Shown one piece after another: positions 29,154 through 39,990 of a stretch of DNA of 64,000 bases. Both the position numbers and the translations under genes were made by a program. This stretch comes from an uncultured bacterium (GTDB lineage Bacteria > Babelota > Babeliae > Babelales > Vermiphilaceae): NCBI GenBank assembly GCA_963695335.1, contig OY968764.1:1248001-1312000 (forward strand), written 5' to 3'. Under the pieces are notes generated by a model. The model ran no database searches. It was not told where the DNA came from and saw only the letters and a program-made list of their open reading frames with translations. Each line of letters starts with the position of its first letter. Positions within the stretch are counted from its first letter, which is position 1.

Positions 29154-30419
29154 ATGTCTTATAAGCTTTTACTCTGTCTTCCTTTATTATCTATCGCAAC
29201 AACTTTAACAATGGAAACTCCTAAGCAAACCGAACCCAGACATATACCACCACTCTATCAAATATGTATGAACCAAATGAGCGCTGGATTTGGGAATAAT
29301 GCAATTGAAAAACATGCAAATGCCATACAAAATCTTGCCACATTATATACAATTCATAAAGAAGGCAGATATAAACATATACCATATGGTATTGGATATG
29401 ATGAAGTAGAAATAGTGAAAAACAATATCACTCCCAATCATCTCTGCTTCAACTCTGGAAAAAGTAAATTTTATAAAAATATTACCACTCAATTTCTTGT
29501 CAAACAGAGTAATGATACATTTTTTATACAAGACAATATGACAGACATTGCTGCATTCAATATCCAATCAGGCGAGATAAAGAAGATAGGTCAAGAAAAT
29601 AGCTTTATTCGTTCGTGCATTACAACAAAAAAAACTAACATACTCATCAATGGTAACCACGATGGAATTATAACTATCTGGCCAATAGGAAGCAATGATT
29701 GTTTTTGTAGCAACATTCATGGCAACGCTGCAATTATATGCCTTACAGAAGAAGATAATATTTTGTGTTCATCTGACCAAAATAGTTTCATAGCAGTATC
29801 ATCTCTCAATAATGATCGTCTATGTAGACACAAACCGATTACGTTGCCTGACCTTTTTTCTGATATTACATATTCGAGCATTATGCTGCACAACAAATTA
29901 TTATATGCCGGATCATCAAAAGGATGCGTCAATCTTCATGATATTCGTTCTGAAGATGTACATAATTCTTTTCAGGCACACAAACATCGTGTTTCTTGTC
30001 TTATTGCATGTAAACATAATGATCAACATTTTTATTCCGGATCTTTTGATGGCAGCATTAAACAATGGGATCTACGAAATATCACAGAATGCCTCCACAG
30101 TTTTGAACACCAAAAATATGGAATAACATGCATGTATCAAAGTAATGATGGTCAAAAAATATATTCTGGCGGTGCTGATGGAATACGAATTTGGGATATT
30201 TCCGCTGATAAAAATGTTCAACAGCCAAAAGAAATACACGCTGTATATGGTTGTAAAAATAATAAAATAACAATAAAAGCTAATCTTAATTATGTTGATT
30301 GTATTGCTGTAAATGATGATGAATCAGAAATATATATTGCAAACATACCTTCCGGAATCACCGTATTGCATCAATCTGACATATATTCCATTGAGAAATT
30401 AATGGAAAAAATCACATAA
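29154..30419 (+). CDS. Secreted WD40 repeat protein with BC-box-like N-terminus
   Basis: TLT|MET; IPPLYQIC; FYSGSFDGSIKQWDLR; YSGGADGIRIWD. Confidence 0.85.
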   Translation: MSYKLLLCLPLLSIATTLTMETPKQTEPRHIPPLYQICMNQMSAGFGNNAIEKHANAIQNLATLYTIHKEGRYKHIPYGIGYDEVEIVKNNITPNHLCFNSGKSKFYKNITTQFLVKQSNDTFFIQDNMTDIAAFNIQSGEIKKIGQENSFIRSCITTKKTNILINGNHDGIITIWPIGSNDCFCSNIHGNAAIICLTEEDNILCSSDQNSFIAVSSLNNDRLCRHKPITLPDLFSDITYSSIMLHNKLLYAGSSKGCVNLHDIRSEDVHNSFQAHKHRVSCLIACKHNDQHFYSGSFDGSIKQWDLRNITECLHSFEHQKYGITCMYQSNDGQKIYSGGADGIRIWDISADKNVQQPKEIHAVYGCKNNKITIKANLNYVDCIAVNDDESEIYIANIPSGITVLHQSDIYSIEKLMEKIT

Positions 30420-30494
30420 AATTTGATTTTTCTTTCTACAAATGCTATTGTATGCGCGTTATTTACATCATATTCATAAAAAAAGGAGCTCCTG

Positions 30495-31542
30495 ATGAAG
30501 AATGCGCAAATCTTTTCCTGTCTACTGTTTACCGCTGCCGCAACACACTGCATGGAATTTGATAACCACCCTACACCACAAAAACAAGAACCTACTAATC
30601 CTTGGAACGCAATCAATTACCTCGAAATAGAACAATCTTTAAACGCTGATTACCGCAATTATTGTACCAATCGTCTCATAGAATACAAAAAAACCACTTT
30701 TACACCGCAACATATGCAACACATCGAACAAATGGCAATCACATACACAGGCAATAATAATCTAAAGAAAATCCTGTATAACGTACGTGATGAAGAAGAT
30801 AATCATTTCCCACATATTGCTGTTCAAAAATTTGATTTACCAACACTTACATGGCTTGTAACGCAAAAATTAATATATTATCCAAAAAATAAACAAAATA
30901 AAGGATTTATGGAAGCATGCATTGATCACTTATCTCCCCATAACAATATAAATACTGAAAAAAAACAAATTGCATACGATATGCTCAATGTTATCATAAC
31001 AAACTATGGTAATCGCTTGGCGCTTTCCCTCAGAAAACCCATTGTAGAAAAATTGATTACACTCCAAATAGAGCATAAAAAACAACATAATAATGATATC
31101 TTAGCTCACATTGTATTCACACCATTATTAGCTCAAGATGAAAATAATAATGTTGCAATTATTGATTTGCCAACACTGTATCAACAAGTTACCGATGCCG
31201 ATGGAAATACATTTTCTCATATTGTTGTCAATAAAAATGACGTACAAACACTTTATCAACTCATCAAAGATAACCGTGTATCGCCTACCCCTAACAAGGC
31301 TAAAAAAACAGTAGTTGATCTTGCTTTAGCAAACTTCCAATGCTACATCAAAAGTCACTATATGAACGATTCATCTTCACATAAAGAGCAAGAACTTGAC
31401 GAAACATTGGATGCTCTAGCAAACTTTCCGCAAAAAGATAGTCTGCTGCTTGTTTATGCTCCTCAATTATGTTAAAGCGCTGCAGACTAGCAACAAATTA
31501 TCCAGCTTTCCACCATGCTGTAATCAACATCCATTTATCTAG
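30495..31542 (+). pseudogene. Member 1 of a tandem THC|ME secreted family, frameshifted near 31435
   Basis: The family C-terminus VCCLFMLLNYVK...PPCCNQHPFI* is present but out of frame with the 30495..31475 ORF. Confidence 0.75.
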
Positions 31543-31613
31543 AAAAATACGTACACCATAAAAAAACAAAAAAAAATAATATCTTTTCATATTTCCAACA
31601 AAAGGACATTCTC

Positions 31614-32627
31614 ATGAAGCACATACAACTCTTTTCCTGTCTACTTTTTACTGCCATTGCAACCCATTGCATGGAAAACCAGCAAAACAATCAACAAGCA
31701 GCACCAGAAAATCCATGGAAAGCTATTAATTGCCAAGCCATAGAAAAAAACCTTAATGATGACTATGATAGCTATCTTAAACAACGTTTAGAAGACTATA
31801 AAACAAATGATTTCACACAACAAACAATGACCGACTTACAAACAATGGGTAATTTTATAACGGGAAAACAGAATATAGGTTTACCTTATAATCATATTCG
31901 CGATAAGCAAGGCGATAGCTTTATCACCATCGCAGTTAAAAAACGAGACGTGCCAATTGTTAATTGGCACACAACAATCATCAGAAGAAATTATATTTCT
32001 CAAAAAGATTTTAACACATGCATTGCAACATGCATGCAATACCTCTCACCAAAAGAAACAGATAAAACCAAAAGAGATACTACATATACAATACTTAAAA
32101 GGCTTACGCTAAAACACGGGCACTATACTATAGTACCTCTCTTACGTAATAAATCTGATAGAAAAAATCTTATCAAACAACTCATTACTCTACAAATTAA
32201 ACATAAAAGACATAGCAGCAATTTTGTGATTGAAGATGAACTTATCACACAACATCTGACATCGGGAGAAAATGATCAATCACCTATTGCCATTGCCGAT
32301 ATATATCAAATGATTGCCAATAAAAAAGGAAATACATTATCGCATCTCGTTGTAACATCACAAGATCCAGATGAATTATGGAAGCTTATTACCAAAGAAT
32401 ATGTGTCTCCATTCCCAAATAAAGAGGAAAAAACCGTTCTCAATCTTGCACACGCATATTTCCAATCATTCAGCAAAGATGCAGCATCATTTGATATATA
32501 TCGAGAAGAATCTCAGCATGCTCGTTGCTGCTTATTCATGCTTCTCAATTATATCAAGTCAAAGCAAAACAATCAGGAACTTGCAACATTTACACCATGC
32601 TGCGATAAACATACTGTAAAAAAATAA
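31614..32627 (+). CDS. Member 2 of the tandem secreted family (degenerate ankyrin-like, Cys-pair C-terminus)
   Basis: THC|MEN, NPWKAINC, GNTLSHLVV, RCCLFMLLNYIK, CCDKH. Confidence 0.85.
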   Translation: MKHIQLFSCLLFTAIATHCMENQQNNQQAAPENPWKAINCQAIEKNLNDDYDSYLKQRLEDYKTNDFTQQTMTDLQTMGNFITGKQNIGLPYNHIRDKQGDSFITIAVKKRDVPIVNWHTTIIRRNYISQKDFNTCIATCMQYLSPKETDKTKRDTTYTILKRLTLKHGHYTIVPLLRNKSDRKNLIKQLITLQIKHKRHSSNFVIEDELITQHLTSGENDQSPIAIADIYQMIANKKGNTLSHLVVTSQDPDELWKLITKEYVSPFPNKEEKTVLNLAHAYFQSFSKDAASFDIYREESQHARCCLFMLLNYIKSKQNNQELATFTPCCDKHTVKK

Positions 32628-32655
32628 TTTATATCTTCAACAAAAGGACATTCTC

Positions 32656-33660
32656 ATGAAGCGCACACAACTCTTTTCCTGTTTACTTTTCACCGCAATT
32701 ACAACTCACTGCATGGAGGACAAGCCACAAAAACAAGAACTTGCAAATCCTTGGAAAGCAATTGATTGCCAAGTCATTGAAAAAAGCCTCACAGACGACT
32801 ATCATAACTATCTCAAAAACCGTTTGGAAGAATATAAAAAGGTTGATTTTACCCCTGAAAATATGATTCATCTGATATCTACAGGTATTTTTATAACAGG
32901 AGATAAATACATAGGTCTTCCTTATAATGTTATCCGTGATGAAAACAATGATACTTTCCATAATATCGCAGTTAAACAACAAAATTTACCGGTCATTAAT
33001 TACTGTGTAAAAGGACATGGGTTTCATTGCATCACTCGTGATGACTTTGATCTATGTCTTGCAACATGCGTCAAACATCTTCACCCAGAGAAAACTGATG
33101 CAACCGAAAAAACAACAGCCTATGAAATTATTAAAACACTCTGCACAAAACAAGGACCTAATGCGTCTATTTTTACTTTACGCGAAAAATCTTGCAGAGA
33201 AAATCTTATCAAGCAACTCATCTTGCTCCAAATCAAACATAAAAAATATAAGAGTGATTTTGTGATTGAAGATGAACTTATTGCGCAACACCTGACATCA
33301 GGGGAAAATGATCAATCGCCTATTGTGCTAACAGATATGTATCAAACGGTTGCTAATAAAAAAGGAAATACATTATCTCATATAGTTGTAGAGTTACAAA
33401 ACCCAGATGAGCTGCATCAACTTATTACCAAAAACTATATATCACCTGCTATAAATAAAACAAATGATACCGTACTCGATATTGCATTGTGGCACTTCCA
33501 AGACTTTACTCATAACATATCTTCACTTGATGCGCATAAACCGCAAGCAGATCAATCACGATGCTGTTTATTTATGCTACTTAGCTATATTAAGTCAAAA
33601 CAGAACGGCATATTAGACAAAAGTCAGCAATGTTGCGATAAACATCCTATAGCATTATAA
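32656..33660 (+). CDS. Member 3 of the tandem secreted family
   Basis: THC|MED, NPWKAIDC, GNTLSHIVV, RCCLFMLLSYIK, CCDKH. Confidence 0.85.
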   Translation: MKRTQLFSCLLFTAITTHCMEDKPQKQELANPWKAIDCQVIEKSLTDDYHNYLKNRLEEYKKVDFTPENMIHLISTGIFITGDKYIGLPYNVIRDENNDTFHNIAVKQQNLPVINYCVKGHGFHCITRDDFDLCLATCVKHLHPEKTDATEKTTAYEIIKTLCTKQGPNASIFTLREKSCRENLIKQLILLQIKHKKYKSDFVIEDELIAQHLTSGENDQSPIVLTDMYQTVANKKGNTLSHIVVELQNPDELHQLITKNYISPAINKTNDTVLDIALWHFQDFTHNISSLDAHKPQADQSRCCLFMLLSYIKSKQNGILDKSQQCCDKHPIAL

Positions 33661-34303
33661 AACCAACAGCTTCCCATAAAAGAAACACAACAAAAAGGTA
33701 CTTCTGATGAAAAATACACAACTCTTTTTCTATTTACTTTTCATAACAATCACAACTCATTGCATGGAACCCAATCCTTGGGCAGCCATTGATTGCCACA
33801 AAATCGAACAAACCTTATTTACTGATTACCGTAATTATTGCGCTGGACAACTTGAAGAATACAAGCAAACTACTTTTACGCCGCAACATATGAAACATAT
33901 AGAAGATATGGCAATCACGTATACGGGATACAATCATTATAAATCAACTCTCTATGATGTGCGTGATAAAGAAGATAATTGTTTTCCACATATTGCAATT
34001 CAAAAATTTGATTTACCAACACTTACATGGCTTGTAAGACAAAGAATATATTATCCAAAAAACAAACAGGGCAAAGGGTTTATCGAAGTATGCATTGATC
34101 ATTTATCCCCCCACAACAATATTGACGCTGAAAAGAAACAAATCGCATATGCTATGCTCAACACTATTATAACAAATTACGGCAAGAGGTTAGGCATTTC
34201 GCTCAGAAAACCAATTGTAGAAAATCTTATTGCGCTACAAATCGAACACAGAAAACAACACAACAACAATGTTTTAGCTGACATTGTATTGACACCATTA
34301 CTA

Positions 34304-35153
34304 GGTTCTGTTGAGTTTTTGAAAAGATAAGTTTTGAAGTATGATAACACCGAAAAAGCAAAAACCAAATCACTAAAACGGTGCTATCATGAAAAAAGAG
34401 TATATCAGCGAAATGGCCTGGAGCAAAATTTTTAATTTTTTAAAACAGCAAAAAAACATTTATATAAAAGAAGAAAAGGACTGTAAAAAGTTTATAGAAG
34501 GGACATTTTGGATGGCAAGAACAGGAGCACAATGGAGAGAGTTGCCGGAAAAATATGGAAATTGGAATAGTGTGTTCAGCAGATTTAATGCTTGGTCAAA
34601 AAAACATATTTGGGAAAAATTACTCAGTTTTTGTGCAGAGGATCCCGATATGGAATATGTAATGATTGATGCCACGATAGTCCGCGCACATGCCTGTTCT
34701 GCTGGATATGATCAATTTAAAAATGAAGGACTGGGAAGAAGTAAAGGTGGTTTTACAAGTAAGATACATGCAACAGTAGATGCTTTAGGCAATCCTTTAA
34801 GATTTGTTATTACTCCTGGTCAGCGTAATGATATTACTCAGGCTGATATTTTATTAAAAGATATTTCTGAATCATATGTAATAGCGGATAAAGGATATGA
34901 TTCCACTGAATTACGTTCGAAATTAATAGAAAAAAATTGTGTTCCCGTTATTCCTCCAAGATCCAATCGTAAAGAACAATATCAATATGATGAACATCTA
35001 TATAAAGAGAGACATGCGATTGAATGCTTGTTTTCAAAGATAAAACACTTTAGAAGAGTGTTTGCTCGTTTTGATAAATCGGCACGAAATTTTTTATCTT
35101 TTCTTTCTTTTGTGGGAACTTGCATATGGTTACGATGAAAACTCAACAGAACC
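34304..35153 (+). mobile_element. IS5-family insertion sequence in a CTAG target
   Basis: Perfect 16-bp IRs GGTTCTGTTGAGTTTT / AAAACTCAACAGAACC; TA duplicated within CTAG. Confidence 0.95.
34389..35138 (+). CDS. IS5-family transposase
   Basis: RTGAQWRELP, IDATIVRAH, GRSKGG, ADKGYD, YKERHAIECLF. Confidence 0.95.
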   Translation: MKKEYISEMAWSKIFNFLKQQKNIYIKEEKDCKKFIEGTFWMARTGAQWRELPEKYGNWNSVFSRFNAWSKKHIWEKLLSFCAEDPDMEYVMIDATIVRAHACSAGYDQFKNEGLGRSKGGFTSKIHATVDALGNPLRFVITPGQRNDITQADILLKDISESYVIADKGYDSTELRSKLIEKNCVPVIPPRSNRKEQYQYDEHLYKERHAIECLFSKIKHFRRVFARFDKSARNFLSFLSFVGTCIWLR

Positions 35154-35561
35154 TAGCCGAAGGTCCAAACAATGGTCGTGCAACTATTGATTTACCAACA
35201 TTATACCGACAAGTAACTGATAGCAACGGAAACACGCTCTCTCATATCATTGCTGCCTACGCAAATGATGCAGATGAACTGTATCAACTCATAAAAAATA
35301 ACTCTGTATCTCCTGCACCAAATACAGCTGGTAAAACTATTGTTGACCTTGCCTTGGCAAAGTTTCGATCATATACGAATGAGCCATTTGAATACTTGGA
35401 TCTGTTACCAATAGACAAACCATTTAACAGCAGTCGGTGCTGTTTATTTATGTTGCTCAAGTACATTAAATCACAACAAGATGGTAAGTTAACTGATAAT
35501 TACACATGTTGTGATAAACATGTTATAACAATCTAACCGCAAAAACTGTTATGTAACATTA

Positions 35562-35605
35562 TAAAAAAAGAAATTGTGAATAATATATTCGCAATTTCTT
35601 TTTTT
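35562..35605 (+). terminator. Probable intrinsic terminator
   Basis: AAAAAAAGAAATTGTGAATA-AT-ATATTCGCAATTTCTTTTTTT after the tandem family. Confidence 0.6.
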
Positions 35606-35663
35606 ACTTTTTTATCCTCTTTTTTAATAGATCTTCTCAAGTATCATTAAAAAGGGGGCGCCT

Positions 35664-36116
35664 ATGAAATATATCAGAGTATATACATCTTTCATGCTAT
35701 TTTTACTATCGTCATCTACAGGAATGCAAAATATACACTTTAAAGAGCAACTGAGTGAAATAGAAAAATTAATTGTCTTGCATAAAATGAAACATGCTAG
35801 TCATAAAATAGATTTTAATGCTGCACACATCTTTGATGCACCAATAATAACAAAAATTGAAAAAGATCGAACTGATGATTTTGCTACTTTGATTATGGAA
35901 ACTATCAAAGAGCAAGAAAAAGAACTGGGGTACGTACCAGAACAAATATCTGAAAAAATAGATGGGGTATGGCACCTTACCATACCCACCAATTATATCG
36001 GCAAGTACACACGTTATTATCATACAAAAGATTTTGCAGGGGAGTATATTGAACTGCATTCAACGTTTATCTATCAACCAGCCGTACTAGAAGTGCTTAA
36101 CAATTATTCCTCATAA
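35664..36116 (+). CDS. Secreted hypothetical protein
   Basis: RBS AAGGGGG; signal-like N-terminus SSTG|MQN. Confidence 0.65.
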   Translation: MKYIRVYTSFMLFLLSSSTGMQNIHFKEQLSEIEKLIVLHKMKHASHKIDFNAAHIFDAPIITKIEKDRTDDFATLIMETIKEQEKELGYVPEQISEKIDGVWHLTIPTNYIGKYTRYYHTKDFAGEYIELHSTFIYQPAVLEVLNNYSS

Positions 36117-36160
36117 AAAACTCATGTTATCTTTTAAAAGACAATGAAGAATGCTATGAT

Positions 36161-36652
36161 GTGCAGAAAAATTATAAAAAAAGGATCGGTATGTGTAAAA
36201 AGATTATAAATTGGACTATGCACAATTCTCCTACATTGCAACACCTTGGCCTCACCATAATCCGCATCGGGTTTGGTATCACATTAACTATATTTGGTTA
36301 CAACAAACTCTTTTCAGGCAGCGCTAACCTAACACAAATTGGTAGCGCAATGTCATTTTTTGGTATCACCCATGGATATGTAATCTGGGGATATCTTGCA
36401 GCACTCACAGAACTGTGCGGTGGTTTTGCATATGCAATTGGCCTTTGGACACGCATTGCCTCTTTACCTCTTATCTGGCTTTTGATTGTCGCAATCAGAT
36501 TTCATCTGCAAAGAGGTGATGCATTTACTGTATGGGCGTTTCCAGTTACTTGTTTGTGCATTGTTATTGGATTTTTGATTGCAGGAAGTGGTGTTTACTC
36601 TGCTGATTATGTTCTTTACGCGCAAGCGCATAATAAGAATCACGATTTTTAA
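36161..36652 (+). CDS. DoxX family membrane protein (start may be 36191)
   Basis: LTIIRIGFG...FGYNKL, AALTELCGG...GLWTR, GSGVYSAD. Confidence 0.88.
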   Translation: MQKNYKKRIGMCKKIINWTMHNSPTLQHLGLTIIRIGFGITLTIFGYNKLFSGSANLTQIGSAMSFFGITHGYVIWGYLAALTELCGGFAYAIGLWTRIASLPLIWLLIVAIRFHLQRGDAFTVWAFPVTCLCIVIGFLIAGSGVYSADYVLYAQAHNKNHDF

Positions 36653-36736
36653 CTATCGTTTTTTTAATCCTCCAGCATGAACTGTTGAAAAATTAATCAA
36701 AAAAACAGCAAACACATGCAATCAAAAGGTTTATTC

Positions 36737-37690
36737 ATGCATAAATATAATCTTCTCATTACCCTCACATCCCTTGTTACCGCATCCATACTAGCAATGG
36801 AACAAGAACAAAAAAACATACAACTTCAAAAAACAGAAAAATCTCGTTGTAAAATTTCTGAACTTCTAGAAAATCCTCGTACCCCAAAACGCCTTATAAT
36901 GGAAATTAACAATTTACTAGAGAACAAAAACTTTACTCTTGATGCTCATTCTGTTGATTCAAAAACGCATCCATTCGAGATAAAAGTTGCTTTTTATAAT
37001 GATAACATGGAACATGCATTAACGTATAAAATGCCACATGATTATCCATTTTATGCTCCTATTCTTTCATCTCTTGAAACGAGCAATACCATGCTTACAA
37101 CACAAGACTTGATCGCCATTAAAAAAAAATTTAATGATGATCTTAAACAAATCTGGAATCCCGCACGACGAATGACTGAAATAGTTGCGATGACTCATAA
37201 ACACATAAGTTCCTATGAAGATCAAAAAATAGCATCTCAACGAGTTGCTCAAGGTTATGAAAGAACGTTACCTCAGATAAAAGAAAAATATCAAACGACC
37301 AATGTCTATGTAAATAGCCAATATCCAGAATTTCAAGAAAAATTACATGGGCTTTGGATTAAAGAAATGCCAAGCGGATATTTTGTATTTCATGTCGAAT
37401 ATAATTACATAAATATAGCTTTTGAACCTAAGTACATAGGTGCAGAACCTCTATCATACCATGGATACTGTGCTGTGGGGTATCACGAGACACATAATAA
37501 CCAATTTCATATACACATAAGTGATACCAATGATTCAGGAAAAATAAATGCCTTTAAAATCTTTGTATACTCTGATCATATTTCAATCATATTTAACTCT
37601 CTACAACACGATTCAATCTTAAACGCCATCATATCTCAACTCAAAATGGATGATGTTATTGGAGAACGCATGGATTTAATAAAAATATAA
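36737..37690 (+). CDS. Secreted protein with ubiquitin-conjugating (E2/UEV)-like domain
   Basis: ILA|MEQ; PKRLIMEI, MPHDYPFYAP and WNPARRMTEIV resemble UBC motifs; no HPN or catalytic Cys. Confidence 0.6.
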   Translation: MHKYNLLITLTSLVTASILAMEQEQKNIQLQKTEKSRCKISELLENPRTPKRLIMEINNLLENKNFTLDAHSVDSKTHPFEIKVAFYNDNMEHALTYKMPHDYPFYAPILSSLETSNTMLTTQDLIAIKKKFNDDLKQIWNPARRMTEIVAMTHKHISSYEDQKIASQRVAQGYERTLPQIKEKYQTTNVYVNSQYPEFQEKLHGLWIKEMPSGYFVFHVEYNYINIAFEPKYIGAEPLSYHGYCAVGYHETHNNQFHIHISDTNDSGKINAFKIFVYSDHISIIFNSLQHDSILNAIISQLKMDDVIGERMDLIKI

Positions 37691-37773
37691 TAGTTCATCT
37701 TTGTCTCATTGCCTTTTTAGATAAAAAATATAACCTTATACTTAAAAAAATAATCATAATAAAAGGTTTATTC

Positions 37774-38928
37774 ATGCATACATATCATCTTCTCATTATC
37801 CTCACATCAGTTGTTACTACATCTACTATGACAATGGAAGACTACCAACTTGATTTAGCTCATATAAAAAGGCTACAACGCAAATATATTGGAAAACATG
37901 GTTGGACAGTAAAAACAGACAAGAACGGAAAATACTCTGTATGCATAGATTGTAGTGATGGTCAAGGTGAGTTCTATGCAAAAACACAAGTTATTCGCGA
38001 ATTCAAAGAATATCAAAACACTCAATTCTTACTACAATTAGATACTACAAACAAATCCATAATCAGCGATGATAATGATGTGCACATTATTGACATGCAA
38101 ACTGGCGAGGCTCAAGAAACTCTATCTGGTCATACAGATCTTGTCCATTGTTGCGCACATACCGATTACCGCCACATACTCGTTACAGGCTCCAATGATA
38201 CAACAATTAAATTGTGGAATATAAAAAATAATCAATGCATGCGAACATTGCATAGCCATAAACACTATGTAACAAATGTTGCTTCAAAAGGAAATACTAT
38301 CACTTCAACAGACAGAGAGCCTTGCTTAAAATTATGGGATATGTCATCTGCCAAAACATTTCATACAAAACTCTTTATTGATAAAAGTAATGAGCATCAT
38401 ATGCCTACGAGCCTCATGATGCATAACAACCTTATATATGTAGGACTCACAAAGGGGATAATCACAATAATTGATCCACGATCAACAATATCAGTCTATG
38501 AAGGAACTACCCACGCAGGCCCTGTTGAATGCCTTACTCCATGCACAAATAATAATGATGTATTCTATTCTGGATCATCAGATCAAACGGTCAAACAATG
38601 GGATCTTCGTCGTCCTAATGCTCCCACCAAAATATTACATAAAAAAAATAATCCTGATAACCAAAAATATAGTATTCAAAATGTCTATGAAGATCATAAT
38701 GGTAAAAAAATATTTTCATCGGACAAAAATAGAATCTATATATGGGATGTTTCCACAGAAGAACCAAAAATAGTAACCACAAAAAAATTTGATCATGCTA
38801 TTTACCCCAACTGCATGCGCATGAATAATGATGAAACTGAGCTGTATATTGGCACAAAAGAAGGTATAAAAACCCTCACTCCCGCACTCAGCTTTGAACA
38901 ACTTGCTGCATTAGCGGAACAAAAATAA
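37774..38928 (+). CDS. Secreted WD40 repeat protein
   Basis: TMT|MED; LSGHTDLVHC...VTGSNDTTIKLWN; FYSGSSDQTVKQWDLR. Confidence 0.9.
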   Translation: MHTYHLLIILTSVVTTSTMTMEDYQLDLAHIKRLQRKYIGKHGWTVKTDKNGKYSVCIDCSDGQGEFYAKTQVIREFKEYQNTQFLLQLDTTNKSIISDDNDVHIIDMQTGEAQETLSGHTDLVHCCAHTDYRHILVTGSNDTTIKLWNIKNNQCMRTLHSHKHYVTNVASKGNTITSTDREPCLKLWDMSSAKTFHTKLFIDKSNEHHMPTSLMMHNNLIYVGLTKGIITIIDPRSTISVYEGTTHAGPVECLTPCTNNNDVFYSGSSDQTVKQWDLRRPNAPTKILHKKNNPDNQKYSIQNVYEDHNGKKIFSSDKNRIYIWDVSTEEPKIVTTKKFDHAIYPNCMRMNNDETELYIGTKEGIKTLTPALSFEQLAALAEQK

Positions 38929-39010
38929 ACAACCCAAATGATTGCTTTTTAGCGATCTCAACTGGCATACTCTAATTGAAATATAAAATAATCAATAAAG
39001 GATAAATGCC

Positions 39011-39415
39011 ATGAAAAACCATTGTCTTATAATAGCAATCACTCTTTCCATGGGAATATTTTCACACAACTTCGGCTCAGAAACATCAAGCATAACAGGT
39101 TCATCGCTTATCAGCTGGACCCAAACCGGCTTATATAACATCTACCAAGGAATGATCAGCTCTGTTACTGGATTAATCAACATACCATATTCAATCATGA
39201 ATACCGTTTCGGCATGGAGCGAGCAAAAACAAATATTTATTACAACCGCAGCAGTCGCAACACTCTTGGCTGTATACCAAAAAGAAGTTATTAAAAAATG
39301 GCTTAATGACATGGTAGAACGGCTTACTACCCCAAAAGAAACCCGACGACTATTACGAGACGTCAACGTTGAAGAAATTCCTTGGGATGAAAATTACGAG
39401 AAAAGAGTTAAGTGA
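39011..39415 (+). CDS. Hypothetical secreted/membrane protein
   Basis: RBS AAGGA; signal peptide; one further hydrophobic helix. Confidence 0.65.
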   Translation: MKNHCLIIAITLSMGIFSHNFGSETSSITGSSLISWTQTGLYNIYQGMISSVTGLINIPYSIMNTVSAWSEQKQIFITTAAVATLLAVYQKEVIKKWLNDMVERLTTPKETRRLLRDVNVEEIPWDENYEKRVK

Positions 39416-39530
39416 GCATTACAATAACCAGAAGCTAACTTGCTTTACCCTGCTATTTATATACACTAAAGTTATGCACAATAGGGAATATTACTTCACA
39501 CAGATATAACACAACAAAAGGACTTTTTTT

Positions 39531-39920
39531 ATGTTGAAAAAAATAGCATTAAGCATGTTAGTTACTGCATCTACAATAACAACTGCACAAATCAGCCTTG
39601 ATCTTAATCTAACAATAAACAGTCAAGGCATGCAACACAACATACCAGGCTCTATCACTATTGATGAAGGAATGATTGTACCAGTTGAATTCAATGGTGT
39701 TGATGGATTAATCGTTGGTTTACGTGCACAAAAAAATAATGATAATGTTATTATTGATGCACAATTTTTCCAAAAAGTAGAAAATGATGAACTTGCAGCG
39801 GTTAGTGACGTTTTCCATGTAGAAACAACGTTTAATGAAGCTGCTTCTATAACAGTGAGCAACCCTGAAGATGATAGCGCATCTCTTGTTCTTACTATCA
39901 CTCCTACACAATCAGAATAA
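39531..39920 (+). CDS. Secreted hypothetical beta-rich protein
   Basis: MLKKIALSMLVTASTITTA signal; RBS AAGGA; hairpin at 39955-39990 downstream. Confidence 0.75.
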   Translation: MLKKIALSMLVTASTITTAQISLDLNLTINSQGMQHNIPGSITIDEGMIVPVEFNGVDGLIVGLRAQKNNDNVIIDAQFFQKVENDELAAVSDVFHVETTFNEAASITVSNPEDDSASLVLTITPTQSE

Positions 39921-39990
39921 GATTATTTTCCCCTATTTTGCTTTTAAGAAAAAACATAGGTCCTGAGGAATAACTCCCGGACCTTGTTTT

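Larger units (their letters stand above)
33707..35536 (+). pseudogene. Member 4 of the tandem secreted family, interrupted by IS5
   Basis: The empty site reads TPLL-AEGPNNGRATIDLP, aligning with TPLLAQDENNNVAIIDLP of member 1; the 3' half is the 35120..35536 frame. Confidence 0.9.

Noticed and set aside
30495..30560. THC signal ends as lipoprotein lipoboxes
   Set aside because: The residues before Cys (A/T-T-H) do not fit L-[AS]-[AG]-C, and Cys aligns with the -1 small residue (A/G/S/T) before Met in the other secreted proteins.
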